A program made the position numbers and the translations under genes. Below, piece after piece: positions 33,365 through 43,971 of a DNA stretch of 64,000 bases. The notes under the pieces were generated by a model. That model did not search any database and was not told where the DNA came from. It was given only the letters and a program-made list of their open reading frames with translations. Numbering within the stretch: position 1 is the stretch's first letter; each line of letters opens with the position of its first letter. Location: the NCBI GenBank assembly GCA_963772455.1, contig CAVYXJ010000006.1:23721-87720 (forward strand). The letters run 5' to 3'. This DNA is from Candidatus Bathyarchaeota archaeon (GTDB lineage: Archaea > Thermoproteota > Bathyarchaeia > Bathyarchaeales > Bathycorpusculaceae).

Positions 33365-33777
33365 AAATCTTCATCTTCACATTCCAAAGCAGCAGTCACT
33401 TCAATAGGCACCTTATCCCCGTTTGAATCATAGGCTGCTATGCAGCTTTTTCCCTCATATGGGTAACCTACAATCATGAGAATGCGGCCAAAAAAATAAT
33501 TTAAATCTGTATCGCTTGGCGAATTGTTGCCGGTTGGATGTGAATGCACGGTTCCAACAATTGAGAAATCTCCAGCAAACATGTATGGGTTAAAGTGGAC
33601 TGCGCCTTCTTCATGAGCAGCAAACGGAGCTAGAACTAAATCTGTTACACTAATGATGCCTTTGCTTTTTTTACCACGAAGTAGCAAGAAGCTTTCGCGT
33701 GGATAAAGTTCTTTGGCGCCTGCATATATGGCATCTAAAATGTTGCTTGGAATATTCACAGTTAATGCTGCTTTCAT
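33358..33777 (-). CDS. JAB/MPN+ (JAMM) metalloprotease
   Basis: YPRE and GTVHSHPTGNNSPSDTD (E...HxH-x7-S-x2-D). Confidence 0.92.
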   Translation of the reverse strand: MKAALTVNIPSNILDAIYAGAKELYPRESFLLLRGKKSKGIISVTDLVLAPFAAHEEGAVHFNPYMFAGDFSIVGTVHSHPTGNNSPSDTDLNYFFGRILMIVGYPYEGKSCIAAYDSNGDKVPIEVTAALECEDEDFY

Positions 33778-33946
33778 GCAAACATCGTTTATGTTTGCAT
33801 TTTAAGTACTTTTTCCCAACGATCCATTTACTTAGAATTCGGTATGGAAGAATCGTTTAATGAAGTCTGAAATGCTTAGTAGCAAAGAAAAAACCACTGC
33901 GGTAAACATTTAAGACACAGTGAACTAGAACTGTAGAATCGTAAGT

Positions 33947-34031
33947 GCCGAGGTGGCAGAGTGGTTAACGCGCGGGCCTTGAGAGCCCGTGGAACATCCG
34001 TTCCGCATGGGTTCGAATCCCATCCTCGGCG
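33947..34031 (+). tRNA. tRNA-Ser(TGA)
   Basis: GCCGAGG acceptor stem, CGGGC-CTTGAGA-GCCCG anticodon arm, long variable arm, GGTTCGAATCC; CCA not encoded. Confidence 0.95.
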
Positions 34032-34075
34032 CTCTTTTACTGAAAATATATGCCGTTTTTCTTTATAAATTTAGT

Positions 34076-34510
34076 TTATGCTTTTTTCTTTAAACGCAAT
34101 GTTTGTTTTTCTTTCAAAATGTCTTGTATCTGGGTTACGTTTACAATTCTTGTTTTCTTGAATTGACACAACGCCAAAAGATGCTGATCCCCTGTAACTA
34201 TGAACTCAGCTCTTCCACTATACGCCATGTTGAGGACTATGTCATCATCGGGGTCTTCAGACAAGACTTTGAATCGAGCGTTATCTGGAACCATTTTGGA
34301 CATCCGAACTAAACTCGAAACAAATCGATCAACTTGAGAGCTCGTTACAGTGAACTTATCCCTCGATATTACATCTGCAAGTTCAACAAGCATTTGGCGA
34401 GATAAAATCACAATATGCTTATCCAAAAGCTCTAAGACAAGTTTTCTGGGTTTTCCATCGTAGATTAGCGCTGACACTAAAACATTTGTGTCAATGACCA
34501 CGCGAACCAT
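34076..34510 (-). CDS. PIN domain toxin (PIN_3 type)
   Basis: VVIDTNVLVSAL, DPDDD, IVTGDQHLL. Confidence 0.92.
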   Translation of the reverse strand: MVRVVIDTNVLVSALIYDGKPRKLVLELLDKHIVILSRQMLVELADVISRDKFTVTSSQVDRFVSSLVRMSKMVPDNARFKVLSEDPDDDIVLNMAYSGRAEFIVTGDQHLLALCQFKKTRIVNVTQIQDILKEKQTLRLKKKA

Positions 34511-34511
34511 T

Positions 34512-34712
34512 TTATTCGCCTTTGGATACCCGTTTCACACGTCGATAAGCTTGAACTTCGTTTAGAATATCCTCTTCTGTTGGTTTCTTTGTTCCTTTGG
34601 TCTTAAGGTCGATTTCTCCAAAAAGCTCTTTTAGGTCTTCTAAGGGTGGAACACTGAGTTTTGCTAGGACAAGTTTGTCGTCTTTTTGGTATACAATTAT
34701 TTTTGTGTTGGT
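34512..34712 (-). pseudogene. AbrB/MazE-type antitoxin lacking its N-terminus
   Basis: Open frame TKIIVYQKDDKLVLAKL...TEEDILNEVQAYRR* abutting the PIN start; no in-frame start seen. Confidence 0.6.
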
Positions 34713-34769
34713 GTTTTTTGTGGTAGACCGACAAACCGGCAGTTGCCAACATTATACTAAGGAGTTGGT

Positions 34770-35546
34770 CTAGCGCAAATGGCCAATTACTCTAATTGGC
34801 TTATTCACTTGGCGCATTAGATTTGTAACATTGCTTTCAGAAAGGCTCGCTAAAGCTACTGTTGCTGGACCTGCAGACTTGTTTACGTCTACCTCCTGTT
34901 GTTTAACAATCGTGTAATTCAGCTTAGAACCTTGTGCAAGTGTTTTAAGCTCATGTGCTATCCCCGTTGATCCCACAGGAATCACTTCATGAACATATGC
35001 TAATTCTCTGATCTTCAGGATATCCGTTGTGTCTACTATTTTTCTCTCCTTCTCGGCTGGAAGAACTTCGTTTCCAACTGAGGGGTTACCCAGAGCCACA
35101 ACAACGTCACCTGGAAGAGAGGTGCCAATTTTTAGTTTCAATCTACTGCAAGTTCCAATAACAGTGACACCGATACCTGTTTGCTCTACAATAATGTTTT
35201 TTTCTGTACTGCCTGTCACTGCAAGTTTAGGATCTAAGCCAGCTTTCTTTGCTTCAGATCTAATTCCACTTAGGATTGATGCACCAGTCGGTTTAGGCGC
35301 AACACCCAGAGTATCCACAATGCAAACTGGTGTGGCGTTGATAGCAAGGACTTCCATGAGGGCTGTTCTGGCTGTAAATTTTCCCAGAGTGAAACCACTA
35401 ACCTTGATTTTGTCCAGAGGATTTGGTCCTATGCCACCAGCGGAGTCGCAACCGATGACTAGGATTTCATCGTGTGCTAACTGAAAAAGAAGAACATCCC
35501 GGTTAGTTTTTATTTGAGAAAGGACTGAGAGGGGGTTTTTGGTCAA
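34770..35546 (-). CDS. cblS: Alpha-ribazole kinase (PurM/AIR synthase-like fold)
   Basis: RD, GCDSAGGIG...D, GKFTARTALMEV, TGSTEKN...QTGIGVTVIG, PVGS.GI, KSAGPAT. Confidence 0.82.
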   Translation of the reverse strand: MTKNPLSVLSQIKTNRDVLLFQLAHDEILVIGCDSAGGIGPNPLDKIKVSGFTLGKFTARTALMEVLAINATPVCIVDTLGVAPKPTGASILSGIRSEAKKAGLDPKLAVTGSTEKNIIVEQTGIGVTVIGTCSRLKLKIGTSLPGDVVVALGNPSVGNEVLPAEKERKIVDTTDILKIRELAYVHEVIPVGSTGIAHELKTLAQGSKLNYTIVKQQEVDVNKSAGPATVALASLSESNVTNLMRQVNKPIRVIGHLR

Positions 35547-36088
35547 GTCTTCAGTTTCCTTCTAACTGCAAGGTAGATGATGCCTGCGACGACAGCGTTT
35601 AACGTTGCTGCAACCACTAGAAACGGTGCGTAGCCAAATGCGATTATCCAGCCAACGTTGATGTCCTCAGCTAACCAAGGTACGAGAGGAAAAACTAAAG
35701 CAGTGTTAATTGCAACACCTGAAACAAGTGCAGGTATAACTCCAAACGACTTATGCATTTTGTTTAACAAGCCAATTGCCGCTGCCGCTAAAGCCATGCC
35801 GATAGCTATTGGAATATGCAGTATACCCAACGGAAAACCACTTGTTGCTGCTGTCGCTAAATGTCCTAACCCGCTTACAAAGGCGCCTTCGGTGGGTCCA
35901 AAGAGTAATGCTACAAAGAAACCTGGAAATGAGTCAAACGCAAGGCTTCCAACTGGACTTGGGATCTTAATAAGTGAACCGACTACACTGAGAGCTGAGA
36001 ATATGGCTAATCGCGCGGTCCGAATAGCGGGGGAAGTTTTGAGTATTGATGCCGTTTTGGTTTCTGGATTTGCTGGTTTGGGTATCAT
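35543..36088 (-). CDS. cblT: ECF S-component, CblT-like alpha-ribazole transporter
   Basis: IKIPSPVGSLAFDSFPGF, GHL.TA..SGFPLG..H; overlaps the cblS start. Confidence 0.8.
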   Translation of the reverse strand: MIPKPANPETKTASILKTSPAIRTARLAIFSALSVVGSLIKIPSPVGSLAFDSFPGFFVALLFGPTEGAFVSGLGHLATAATSGFPLGILHIPIAIGMALAAAAIGLLNKMHKSFGVIPALVSGVAINTALVFPLVPWLAEDINVGWIIAFGYAPFLVVAATLNAVVAGIIYLAVRRKLKT

Positions 36089-36488
36089 TATTTCACCGTT
36101 TTAGTTTTAATTGAAAATGAATGGGATAAAAGCATTTTCATATGTATTACAATTGTAGTGTGGCATTGTTTTTTTGTTTTTCTTCGTTGTATTGATTGGG
36201 TTATTGATTGTTAGTTGTGTTTTTTAATTTGTTTGTTTTTCATTGTTTTTTTTGGGTAAAATGGCTTTTTACCGTTTAGTTTTTCTCTTTTACCATTGAA
36301 TTTATGCAAGGTGTTCAAAAGTTGCCGTTTACGTAACAGAGGCATAAAACATTGGATAATTTATTGCCCAAACCTAAACTTGCTTCACTACTTAATTTTC
36401 CCCAAACTTACAATACTCTTACACTGAATCAAAGCATACATAAAGAACTGCCAAGCCAAAAAATTTAGTCAAAAAAATTTGACAAGCT

Positions 36489-37235
36489 TTAATCAAGATC
36501 TCTTCGGAAGCGACCTGCTCCTCCTCCACCCGAGCCCCCTCCACCAAAGCCTCCTCCTCCACCACCGCTACGTCCACCTGAGTAACCACCGCCATAACCT
36601 CCTCCTCCACGCGTGCGTGCTGCAACAAATGCAATAATTACGATTACTGCAATGACAACAAAGATTATGAAATCTGTGTCGAATTGTACATTGTTGTCTT
36701 CAGTTGCGATAGCTGACGTTCCGATTGCTGTTTCAGCAATAGCTTTAACTCCCTCTATTGCTGCTCCTGAATAGTCTCCTTCTTTGAGCGCTGGCATAAC
36801 GTAGTTGTCAAGGATGCGTCCACTTCGTCCATCTGTAAGGTTTCCTTCAAGTCCGTAACCAACTTCGATACCGCTGTGTGGTTTACCGTCTGAACCTGCA
36901 ACTACTAGTACAAGAAGAACGCCATTGTCTTTTTCTTTATCTCCTATTCCTACAACTCCGCTTAGTGATTCATCGTTGAATATTATGTTTCTTGCAATTG
37001 CTGTGTCAGAGCCTCCTCCGTAGTCATCCAAGTTTGTAAGTGTGACTACAACTATTTCGGCTGTTGAGTTACGGTCAACTGCTTCACAGTAGTTGTTGAT
37101 TATTGTCTCAATTTGGGCATCAAGAATGTTTGCCCTATCGTAGACGTATGTTGGTCTAAGAGCTTGAACTTGAGCAATTGATGCCGAAGCTACTAAAAGT
37201 AAAAAAATAGTGAGGGTTAAGAGTTTCTTATTCAT
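36489..37235 (-). CDS. TPM domain protein with Gly-rich tail
   Basis: VYDRANIL, EIVVVT, IG...KDNGVL, IEVGYGLEG.LTD, FGGGGSGGGGA. Confidence 0.92.
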   Translation of the reverse strand: MNKKLLTLTIFLLLVASASIAQVQALRPTYVYDRANILDAQIETIINNYCEAVDRNSTAEIVVVTLTNLDDYGGGSDTAIARNIIFNDESLSGVVGIGDKEKDNGVLLVLVVAGSDGKPHSGIEVGYGLEGNLTDGRSGRILDNYVMPALKEGDYSGAAIEGVKAIAETAIGTSAIATEDNNVQFDTDFIIFVVIAVIVIIAFVAARTRGGGGYGGGYSGGRSGGGGGGFGGGGSGGGGAGRFRRDLD

Positions 37236-37819
37236 GGGAAGTCCACAACAGGTGGATTCTCGATTCCATCATTGCCTTGGTAATACTCTTTTTTGGGCTG
37301 TCCAAACATGCTACCTGGGAACGTTTGTACTGCTCTGTTGTAGTCTCCGATTGCTTCAATGTAGTTACCTCTTGCTACTGTAATACGATTTTGTGTTCCT
37401 GCAAGTTCATCCATTAATGTCTGGACAACTGTGACTGATTTTAGTTCAGGATAGCTTTCCATGGTTGCTAAGAACTGTCCTGTTGCTATGTTGAGGTTAA
37501 CTCCTGCTGTGTCTTGATTAAGCTCGGACTGTGCAAGTGAGTTTAGCCAAGCCGTTCTTGCGTTTGTAACGTTGGTTAAGACTCCTGCTTCAAATGTCAT
37601 GTAGCCTTTTGCTGTTTCAACTAAGTTTGGAATCAAGTCTGCTTGTCTCTGGTATTGGTTGCGTACTTCAGACCATTTCTGGTCTACTGTCACACCGAGA
37701 CTGATGATGTTGTTGTTAATGGCAATAATGACTCCTGCAATGACTGCTATGATTGCAACAACTATAATGACAATGATTAGCGCACCTATTCCTTTTTTGT
37801 TCTTTCTCAAGTTTTTCAT
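37232..37819 (-). CDS. lemA: LemA family protein
   Basis: QYQRQADLIPNLVET, E.YPELK, ELAGTQNRI.VAR..Y, FP. Confidence 0.93.
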   Translation of the reverse strand: MKNLRKNKKGIGALIIVIIVVAIIAVIAGVIIAINNNIISLGVTVDQKWSEVRNQYQRQADLIPNLVETAKGYMTFEAGVLTNVTNARTAWLNSLAQSELNQDTAGVNLNIATGQFLATMESYPELKSVTVVQTLMDELAGTQNRITVARGNYIEAIGDYNRAVQTFPGSMFGQPKKEYYQGNDGIENPPVVDFP

Positions 37820-38214
37820 CTAAATTCTTCCTTTTATGTTGCTTGTGATTAATGCAACTGTGATTCTTCAGCGCATACTAATGCATTGTTCTTGCTGTTT
37901 AGCGCGTTGTTTTGTCCCTGAATTATTTTTTGGGTGTTCTTGGCGCAGATTACTTACATTGTTTTGTGTTATTAAGTTGAATGGATAAGAATCAAGAGGG
38001 TTGTACTTAAGATTTTTTCGTTATTTGCCATTAGTTCTTTTTAATTTTGGGAATAGCATTCGCGCTATCAAATACTTTGCAAACAATGTTCGTGCGTTAA
38101 AAATTGCCTTCTATGTTTTGTTCGATTGACATAAAATGACGGCTGAACAAGGTTTAAGACTACAGGGTAAACTTTACATTATTGTTCCTTCTAATGTTAG
38201 GTAGGTGAAACCAA

Positions 38215-38442
38215 ATGTCAGTTCCTTTCTATATGATTCTTCGAACAGAGCCTAAAAGGTCTCAGTATGTTGCTTGTGAGACACTTAAAATTGAAGGCGT
38301 TAAAGTTTCACATTCAGTTAAGGGAAATTATGATGTAATTCTCTATGCAGAAGGAAAAGACTTTGAGGATTTAAAACGTATCAGGTTGGCTGTGGAGAAA
38401 ATTAAATTTCTAAAAGAAACTGAAACATTAATGCATGCTTAA
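38215..38442 (+). CDS. Stand-alone Lrp/AsnC ligand-binding domain protein
   Basis: IEGV...H.V.G.YDVI...TETL. Confidence 0.82.
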   Translation: MSVPFYMILRTEPKRSQYVACETLKIEGVKVSHSVKGNYDVILYAEGKDFEDLKRIRLAVEKIKFLKETETLMHA

Positions 38443-39000
38443 TTTTTGGATAAAAATCAATAGGGTTACTGCATTTCGTCTTCTTTTAGCGGGTCTCTGT
38501 GTTGTCTACGGTCACGTTCCGTGTCGCAAACGCTACGTGGGGCATGTTTTGCGGATATAATATCATCTCGCTTTGCAACATTAGGCGATTTTATGTTGTT
38601 TGTTGATTGAAGTTTGCTAAGATTTTTTATAACCATTTTTAACAGCACCTCTCTTTTTTCTTTTAAATCAATTATAACAGTGTGATAAGTGGTAGAATTA
38701 AACTTTCCTTTCTATTACTCGATTTAAAATAATTACTTTGAAAAGCAGTATTATTATGCGGGAAGGGTTACCATTAAGGGAGGTGCATTTCCACCTTTCA
38801 TTACTTCGCCTTTCAATCTTCAAACTTATTCAATTGTCCTAGGCATTTCAGGCATCACCATTACACTGGTAAGCATAATTATGATTGGTAGATTAAAAAC
38901 AAAACAAACCCCCATCGAAATCTTGTCAAGATAATTGCTTTCAGAGGCATTTTAAAAATAATATAGTAATAATAATTAAATATGCATTTTAACTTAAACC

Positions 39001-39264
39001 GTGACTATGACAAACATGACTATCTCCATTCCTTCAGAGCTATGCGAGAAAATGAAGAAACATTCAGAAGTAAAATGGAGCGAAGTTGTACGAAAGTCGA
39101 TAGCAGACTACATCAACAAAATGGAAATAGTCCAAGGAGGCGTTGTATCTTCAAGCATACTGGTAGCCATGCTCAAAGACTCTAATCTAGATTTATCCAA
39201 TATAACTCTCGAGAAAGCAACTGAACAATACGAAAAAAGTAGGGACCTCGAATGGAAGAGATAA
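39001..39264 (+). CDS. Ribbon-helix-helix antitoxin-like protein with no adjacent toxin
   Basis: MTNMTISIP.EL..KMKKH.EVKWSEVVRK.I. Confidence 0.75.
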   Translation: MTMTNMTISIPSELCEKMKKHSEVKWSEVVRKSIADYINKMEIVQGGVVSSSILVAMLKDSNLDLSNITLEKATEQYEKSRDLEWKR

Positions 39265-39362
39265 TCTAGAAATGATTTTTAAGCTGAAATTGAACTAGTT
39301 TCTGGTAATTGCTGGAAGCTAATTTTTGTGTTTTTAGATTTATTTGTTTTTTACTGTTTTAA

Positions 39363-39800
39363 TTATGTATCTTTATTTTCAGAATCTATCCTTTTGAAAG
39401 ACTGTTTGAATTTTTCTCCATTCAGCAACTCAGGCTCGATTAGTTTTGCGTAAGGATTGACTATATTGTTTTCTGTGGGGAATTGTATGCTGCATGGTGG
39501 TTGTCGTTTTAATTCTGCTTTCTGTTCTTTTGTCATTTTTATACCAAATTTGTGTACTTCATCGTGACAGGGTTGCCTGCAGAGCCATATGAAAGGTGGC
39601 TTATGTTCACCTGTGAGCGAATGTTTAGTCATTTCGTTGCCTACTCTACCGCATTTAGCACACTGTTTTAGTTTCTTTGTGGGTCTTGGTGTCTTGATTT
39701 TTGACCTGTATTTGGCGCCGCGAAGAGCGTGGCTGTAGTCTTTGAAAACTTCTTCTTTAGTCATTTCTGTGTGATCTTTAGTTTCTTCTTTGATGTCCAT
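39363..39800 (-). CDS. HNH-like zinc-finger protein
   Basis: CAKCG...H...LCRQPCHDEVH. Confidence 0.55.
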   Translation of the reverse strand: MDIKEETKDHTEMTKEEVFKDYSHALRGAKYRSKIKTPRPTKKLKQCAKCGRVGNEMTKHSLTGEHKPPFIWLCRQPCHDEVHKFGIKMTKEQKAELKRQPPCSIQFPTENNIVNPYAKLIEPELLNGEKFKQSFKRIDSENKDT

Positions 39801-40134
39801 GCTTCTCCCTTTAGATTGGATAATTAAGTTCTTTAAAGAGCTATCTTTAGCTCCGATTTTTTTTGTTATACAATAAGCGTTCTAAACAAAAACTGATGTT
39901 TACTGATGCAGAGGTAAAAACATTGGGTAATTATTGTACGCTTGATTTTCTACAAGTTAGGAGCGGTAATACGAACCGTTTACGGGTTCTCTCAAAAAGT
40001 CACTTTCCGAAAACAGTTCTTTGCAGTTTAATGCGAAGTTAAGAGGAAGAAGCGAGTGTTTAATGTTATTTAATAGATATTGAAGACCTCGTTCGTCGGG
40101 TTGAACTTATTTTAACCAATTCTAAAGGTTCGAT

Positions 40135-42216
40135 TTAGGATTTGAGTAATTCCAACATTTTGTCAATGCTATTCGTTGGGGGCATACAAGTTTGGTCACG
40201 GCAAACGTAAACTGTGGGCTTGTCATTGATTTTCTCATAAACCATCCCGGAAACTGTTGATTTTTTTTCGGGTGTCCATATTGATATAGTTAAGTTGGGA
40301 ATGTACATTTTTCTTAAAGCTGTGAGAATGGAGATTGTGTTTTTATCTGAAGTGTCTCCCACTAAAACAATATTGAAGGTTGGTCCAAGGGCAAACTCAA
40401 TCCCCGCCAGCATAAAAGTATGCCCAAGCAATTGACCATTGATTTCATCAGAAAATGCCTTGAGCAGTTTATTTGCATACAACTCAAAGCTTACATCCCC
40501 ACTTAAACGCGCTAAACGTAGCAAATTGTAGAGTGCAACAGAGTTCCCCGAAGGCACTGCTCCATCATAAGTCTGTTTTAACCTGGGCACCGAATCATCG
40601 GCACTTTTAGTTGTGAAAAAAAATCCTCCGTTTTCTTTATCCCAAAACTCCTCAAGCATAGTTTTAGTTAATTCTACGCTTGATTTAAGATATTTCTCTT
40701 CAAAAGAAGATTCATACAGCTCAATTAAACCGTAGACCAAATAAGCATAGTCATCCAAAAACCCATTAACAGCCTTCTCACCTTTGACAAAGCGATGGTA
40801 TAGTTTGCCTTCAGGCGTTTTCATTTCTTTGAGAATAAAATCTGCAGCTTTAGTTGCCGCTTGCAAATAATTCTTGTTACCTAGAACCTGATTTGCCTTT
40901 GCTAAGGCAGCAATCATCAATCCGTTCCAATCTACCAACACCTTGTCATCCTTGGCTGGGCGAACTCTTTTCTCTCGAACTTGGAAAAGTAATTTAGAAA
41001 TTTTTCCAAGTTTAGCTATGAGCTCATCGATTGATATATTCGATTCAGCAGCAACTTGTTCCAGCGGCATGGACAAGTGAAGAATGTTCTTTCCAGTTTT
41101 GCCCTTGGGCGGCTCAAAGTAGTTGCCTTCAGCCTTAACACCAAATATATTGATAGCTAAATCCGCATCTTCCCCAGTAGCTTGCTTGACTTCATCGAGA
41201 GTCCAAAGATAAAATTTTCCTTCTTCGCCTTCACTATCCGCGTCTTCAGCCGAATAGAAACCTCCTTCAGGGGAAGTCAAATCTCTTAGAACATATTCAA
41301 TGGTTTCTTTTGCAGTTATCATGAATTTTGGTGCTACAGAAGACTGGTAAGCTTCAAGATAAGCTAAAATTAGCAATGCTTGGTCGTAGAGCATCTTCTC
41401 AAAATGTGGTACCAACCATTCAGAATCTGTTGAGTAACGGTGAAAACCTAATCCCACCTGATCAAATATGCCGCCTAACCTCATAGCACGCAACGTCTTC
41501 TCAACCATTATCAAAGCGTTTTTCTCTTTTGTTCGATTAGCATATCTAAGAAGAAAGAGCAGGTTGTGGGGTGAGGGAAATTTGGGTGCTCGACCGAATC
41601 CGCCGTTTTCCTGGTCAAAACGCAAGAACAATTGATCAAAAGCATTACTAAGCGATTTTTTGTCCAGTAGACTTTCAGGTTCTGATGGAAATTTTACCTT
41701 GAATTGTTCCCTGATTTCTTTGCCTATCGATTCCATCTCAATTTTTCTTGTTTTCCATATTTCCCCAATCTGGGGTACAAGACTTAGCATGCCAACTGTG
41801 CCATAACGGTTTTCTTTTGGGATGTAACTGGCGACGAAAAATGGGTTTTTGTCGGGAGTCATGATTACGTTAAGTGGCCAGCCACAATTTCGTCCCATGG
41901 ATTGGCAAACAGCCATGTATGCTGCATCAAGGTCAGGGCGTTCTTCTCGATCTACTTTAATGGAGATGAAGTTTTGATTCATAAGGTCGGCTACTTCGTT
42001 GTCTTCAAAGCATTCTTTCTCCATTACGTGACACCAATGGCATGTTGAGTATCCTATTGAAACAAAAACTGATTTGTTCTCTGCTTTAGCTTTCTGGAAA
42101 GCTTCATCGCTCCATGGATACCAATCAACAGGATTGTAGGCATGTTGTAGAAGATAGGGGCTTTTTTCTTTAATTAGCCTGTTTGGTTTTCTTTCAGTTG
42201 ATGAAGCTTCTGGCAC
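40135..42216 (-). CDS. YyaL/SSP411 thioredoxin-domain protein (DUF255)
   Basis: [38 protein letters not shown]. Confidence 0.95.
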   Translation of the reverse strand: MPEASSTERKPNRLIKEKSPYLLQHAYNPVDWYPWSDEAFQKAKAENKSVFVSIGYSTCHWCHVMEKECFEDNEVADLMNQNFISIKVDREERPDLDAAYMAVCQSMGRNCGWPLNVIMTPDKNPFFVASYIPKENRYGTVGMLSLVPQIGEIWKTRKIEMESIGKEIREQFKVKFPSEPESLLDKKSLSNAFDQLFLRFDQENGGFGRAPKFPSPHNLLFLLRYANRTKEKNALIMVEKTLRAMRLGGIFDQVGLGFHRYSTDSEWLVPHFEKMLYDQALLILAYLEAYQSSVAPKFMITAKETIEYVLRDLTSPEGGFYSAEDADSEGEEGKFYLWTLDEVKQATGEDADLAINIFGVKAEGNYFEPPKGKTGKNILHLSMPLEQVAAESNISIDELIAKLGKISKLLFQVREKRVRPAKDDKVLVDWNGLMIAALAKANQVLGNKNYLQAATKAADFILKEMKTPEGKLYHRFVKGEKAVNGFLDDYAYLVYGLIELYESSFEEKYLKSSVELTKTMLEEFWDKENGGFFFTTKSADDSVPRLKQTYDGAVPSGNSVALYNLLRLARLSGDVSFELYANKLLKAFSDEINGQLLGHTFMLAGIEFALGPTFNIVLVGDTSDKNTISILTALRKMYIPNLTISIWTPEKKSTVSGMVYEKINDKPTVYVCRDQTCMPPTNSIDKMLELLKS

Positions 42217-42284
42217 AGAAAAAACACAATCTCCAATTTACAATTAGCTACTGAAGCTTATTAGAGTTAACAAAGAAGAAGAAT

Positions 42285-42920
42285 TTAGTAGTAATGTGTG
42301 ATTGTTGCAGTAACGTTGTTTGGGTCAGATTGGTTGATGTTGCCCATTCGAATTTCAATTGTTCCAGGTAATAATGGGAATAATGCAGTCCCAGTTGTTC
42401 CTATAGTTTGGTTAAAATCTAAGTCGACCCCGCCAAAAGTGTAGAGTACTTCTGCAAATGTAGTGTTAGCCGACGCAGTGGCTTGAACCACCACGTATCC
42501 AGCATAGTCAACTTGGGCAGTTCCGAGATTTGTTGTAACATTTGCATCTTGGCTAAACGAATTATCATACCATACTTCTGAAATTCCTAATTGGGCAATC
42601 TTTTGCAACGCGGAATAATCAGAAGATAAGTATGTTAGTGTATCGTTCAAAGCAGATAGTTGAGAATTTAAATAAGCAATTTGTGAAACATATGTTGTTG
42701 AATTAACCGTTGATAGTTGATATTCTAAAGCATTGATTTGAGATTGCAACGAGTTAATAGTATTGTCTTTCTCAGTTAATTGCGTTTGTGAATTATTTGG
42801 TACATATAATGCTATTACAACAACTAAACTAGCTGCCAGAATAACGCAGACTAATGCTAATGCAATGACTTTCAGATTGCTTTTATTTCTAGCTGGGTTT
42901 TCTTGAGTCATCTGGTTCAT
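42285..42920 (-). CDS. Membrane-anchored coiled-coil protein
   Basis: N-terminal TM helix, heptad segment, beta-rich C-terminus. Confidence 0.75.
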   Translation of the reverse strand: MNQMTQENPARNKSNLKVIALALVCVILAASLVVVIALYVPNNSQTQLTEKDNTINSLQSQINALEYQLSTVNSTTYVSQIAYLNSQLSALNDTLTYLSSDYSALQKIAQLGISEVWYDNSFSQDANVTTNLGTAQVDYAGYVVVQATASANTTFAEVLYTFGGVDLDFNQTIGTTGTALFPLLPGTIEIRMGNINQSDPNNVTATITHYY

Positions 42921-43019
42921 CTGCTTTTTCTCTACCTTAGATATTCTCCCTTAAATGTCTATTTCCAGATTGTACCCAACCTTCTTTCAAAATGAGAAGA
43001 AAGGTAACTGCTTTAGCGT

Positions 43020-43448
43020 TTAATATTTAACACTCAAGTAAAACATTACTAGCAATGCTGCCATCTCGAAAAGGTCAGGTAGAAATGCGAAAGGACCTAA
43101 ACCAAAAGTTCCAAACCCAGCAAATCCAATTACAAATGGGCTCCACGTTATGTCTTTTATGAGAAAGAATGAAGCGAAAAGCGTTAAACCAATAGTAAAT
43201 TCAGATTTCGTTTTCAAATAGATACTTACGTAATTTGCAATTAGAACTAGGGTAAGAACAATGTTAATAGTTGAAAACACCGTTCGAGCAATATAGTACA
43301 ATTCAATGTCAGCTGGGTTAGGCCTATACTGTCTTATGATGAATGGAAAATCTAAATTTCTTTTAAGAAGCGCTAGCATAACTGATGCAACAGCAGTTAA
43401 AACTATCAAAACAACGAGTAATGTCAAGATTTTTTGTTTTCTATTCAT
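43020..43448 (-). CDS. Small four-TM membrane protein, probably co-transcribed with the wHTH regulator
   Basis: Hydrophobic helices, YLKTKSEFTIGL motif. Confidence 0.8.
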   Translation of the reverse strand: MNRKQKILTLLVVLIVLTAVASVMLALLKRNLDFPFIIRQYRPNPADIELYYIARTVFSTINIVLTLVLIANYVSIYLKTKSEFTIGLTLFASFFLIKDITWSPFVIGFAGFGTFGLGPFAFLPDLFEMAALLVMFYLSVKY

Positions 43449-43479
43449 CTATTTCTCCCTCTTACATGATCTCCTTTTT

Positions 43480-43782
43480 CTACTTTTTCCCGATTTTCTT
43501 CATAATCTCCTCAAACAAAACGTAATTGTCTTCCATTGTTTGAGAAAGAAAATATGTTGCGCCATACCTGTCTCCAACTGCAATAATTATTTTATTTTTC
43601 TCCAAAACCTCAAGGTGATGGCGCATCGTCTTGTAATCCATCTTTATTAAAGTAGCCAATTGATTAGCGTTCTGCGGCGTATCTTTTAGCGCTTCAATCA
43701 TTTTTGCCCGAGTGGGTCCGCCTCTAGTACCTGCAATAAGCCATCCTAACAGGTATTTTAGCGAACGTGCATTTGCAGACAT
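43480..43782 (-). CDS. Archaeal ArsR-like winged-helix regulator
   Basis: GTRGGPTR, P.NANQLA...DYKTMRHHL.VL, YGATYF. Confidence 0.9.
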   Translation of the reverse strand: MSANARSLKYLLGWLIAGTRGGPTRAKMIEALKDTPQNANQLATLIKMDYKTMRHHLEVLEKNKIIIAVGDRYGATYFLSQTMEDNYVLFEEIMKKIGKK

Positions 43783-43869
43783 ATAGACCGCTTCATGTTT
43801 TGAGATTCTTGGTCTCTCTTAATCTTACTAAAGTAATAAATCTGTTCTTTTATCCTCAAATATTTTGAT

Positions 43870-43900
43870 AATTGGTGTAAAATTGGATTCAATTTGGGTC
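43870..43900 (+). promoter_or_regulatory. 11-bp-phased TTGG direct repeats upstream of a TATA-like box
   Basis: TTGG at 43872, 43883 and 43894; TTTAATAA at 43917; similar arrays at 44634..44662, 42965..42979 and 57691..57709. Confidence 0.55.
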
Positions 43901-43971
43901 TAATATTGAAAAATCATTTAATAATTTATCGTTCATCCGTTTTTTGAAAATTAGGAGGTGAAAAACAAGAT

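Noticed and set aside
35029-36104. Plus-strand ORFs of 151 and 148 aa, and similar antisense ORFs elsewhere
   Set aside because: They are shadows of well-supported genes on the opposite strand and have no motifs
36089-36480. Cobalamin riboswitch upstream of cblT
   Set aside because: Region is very AT-rich; I could not find a B12-box or GGGAA core on the minus strand
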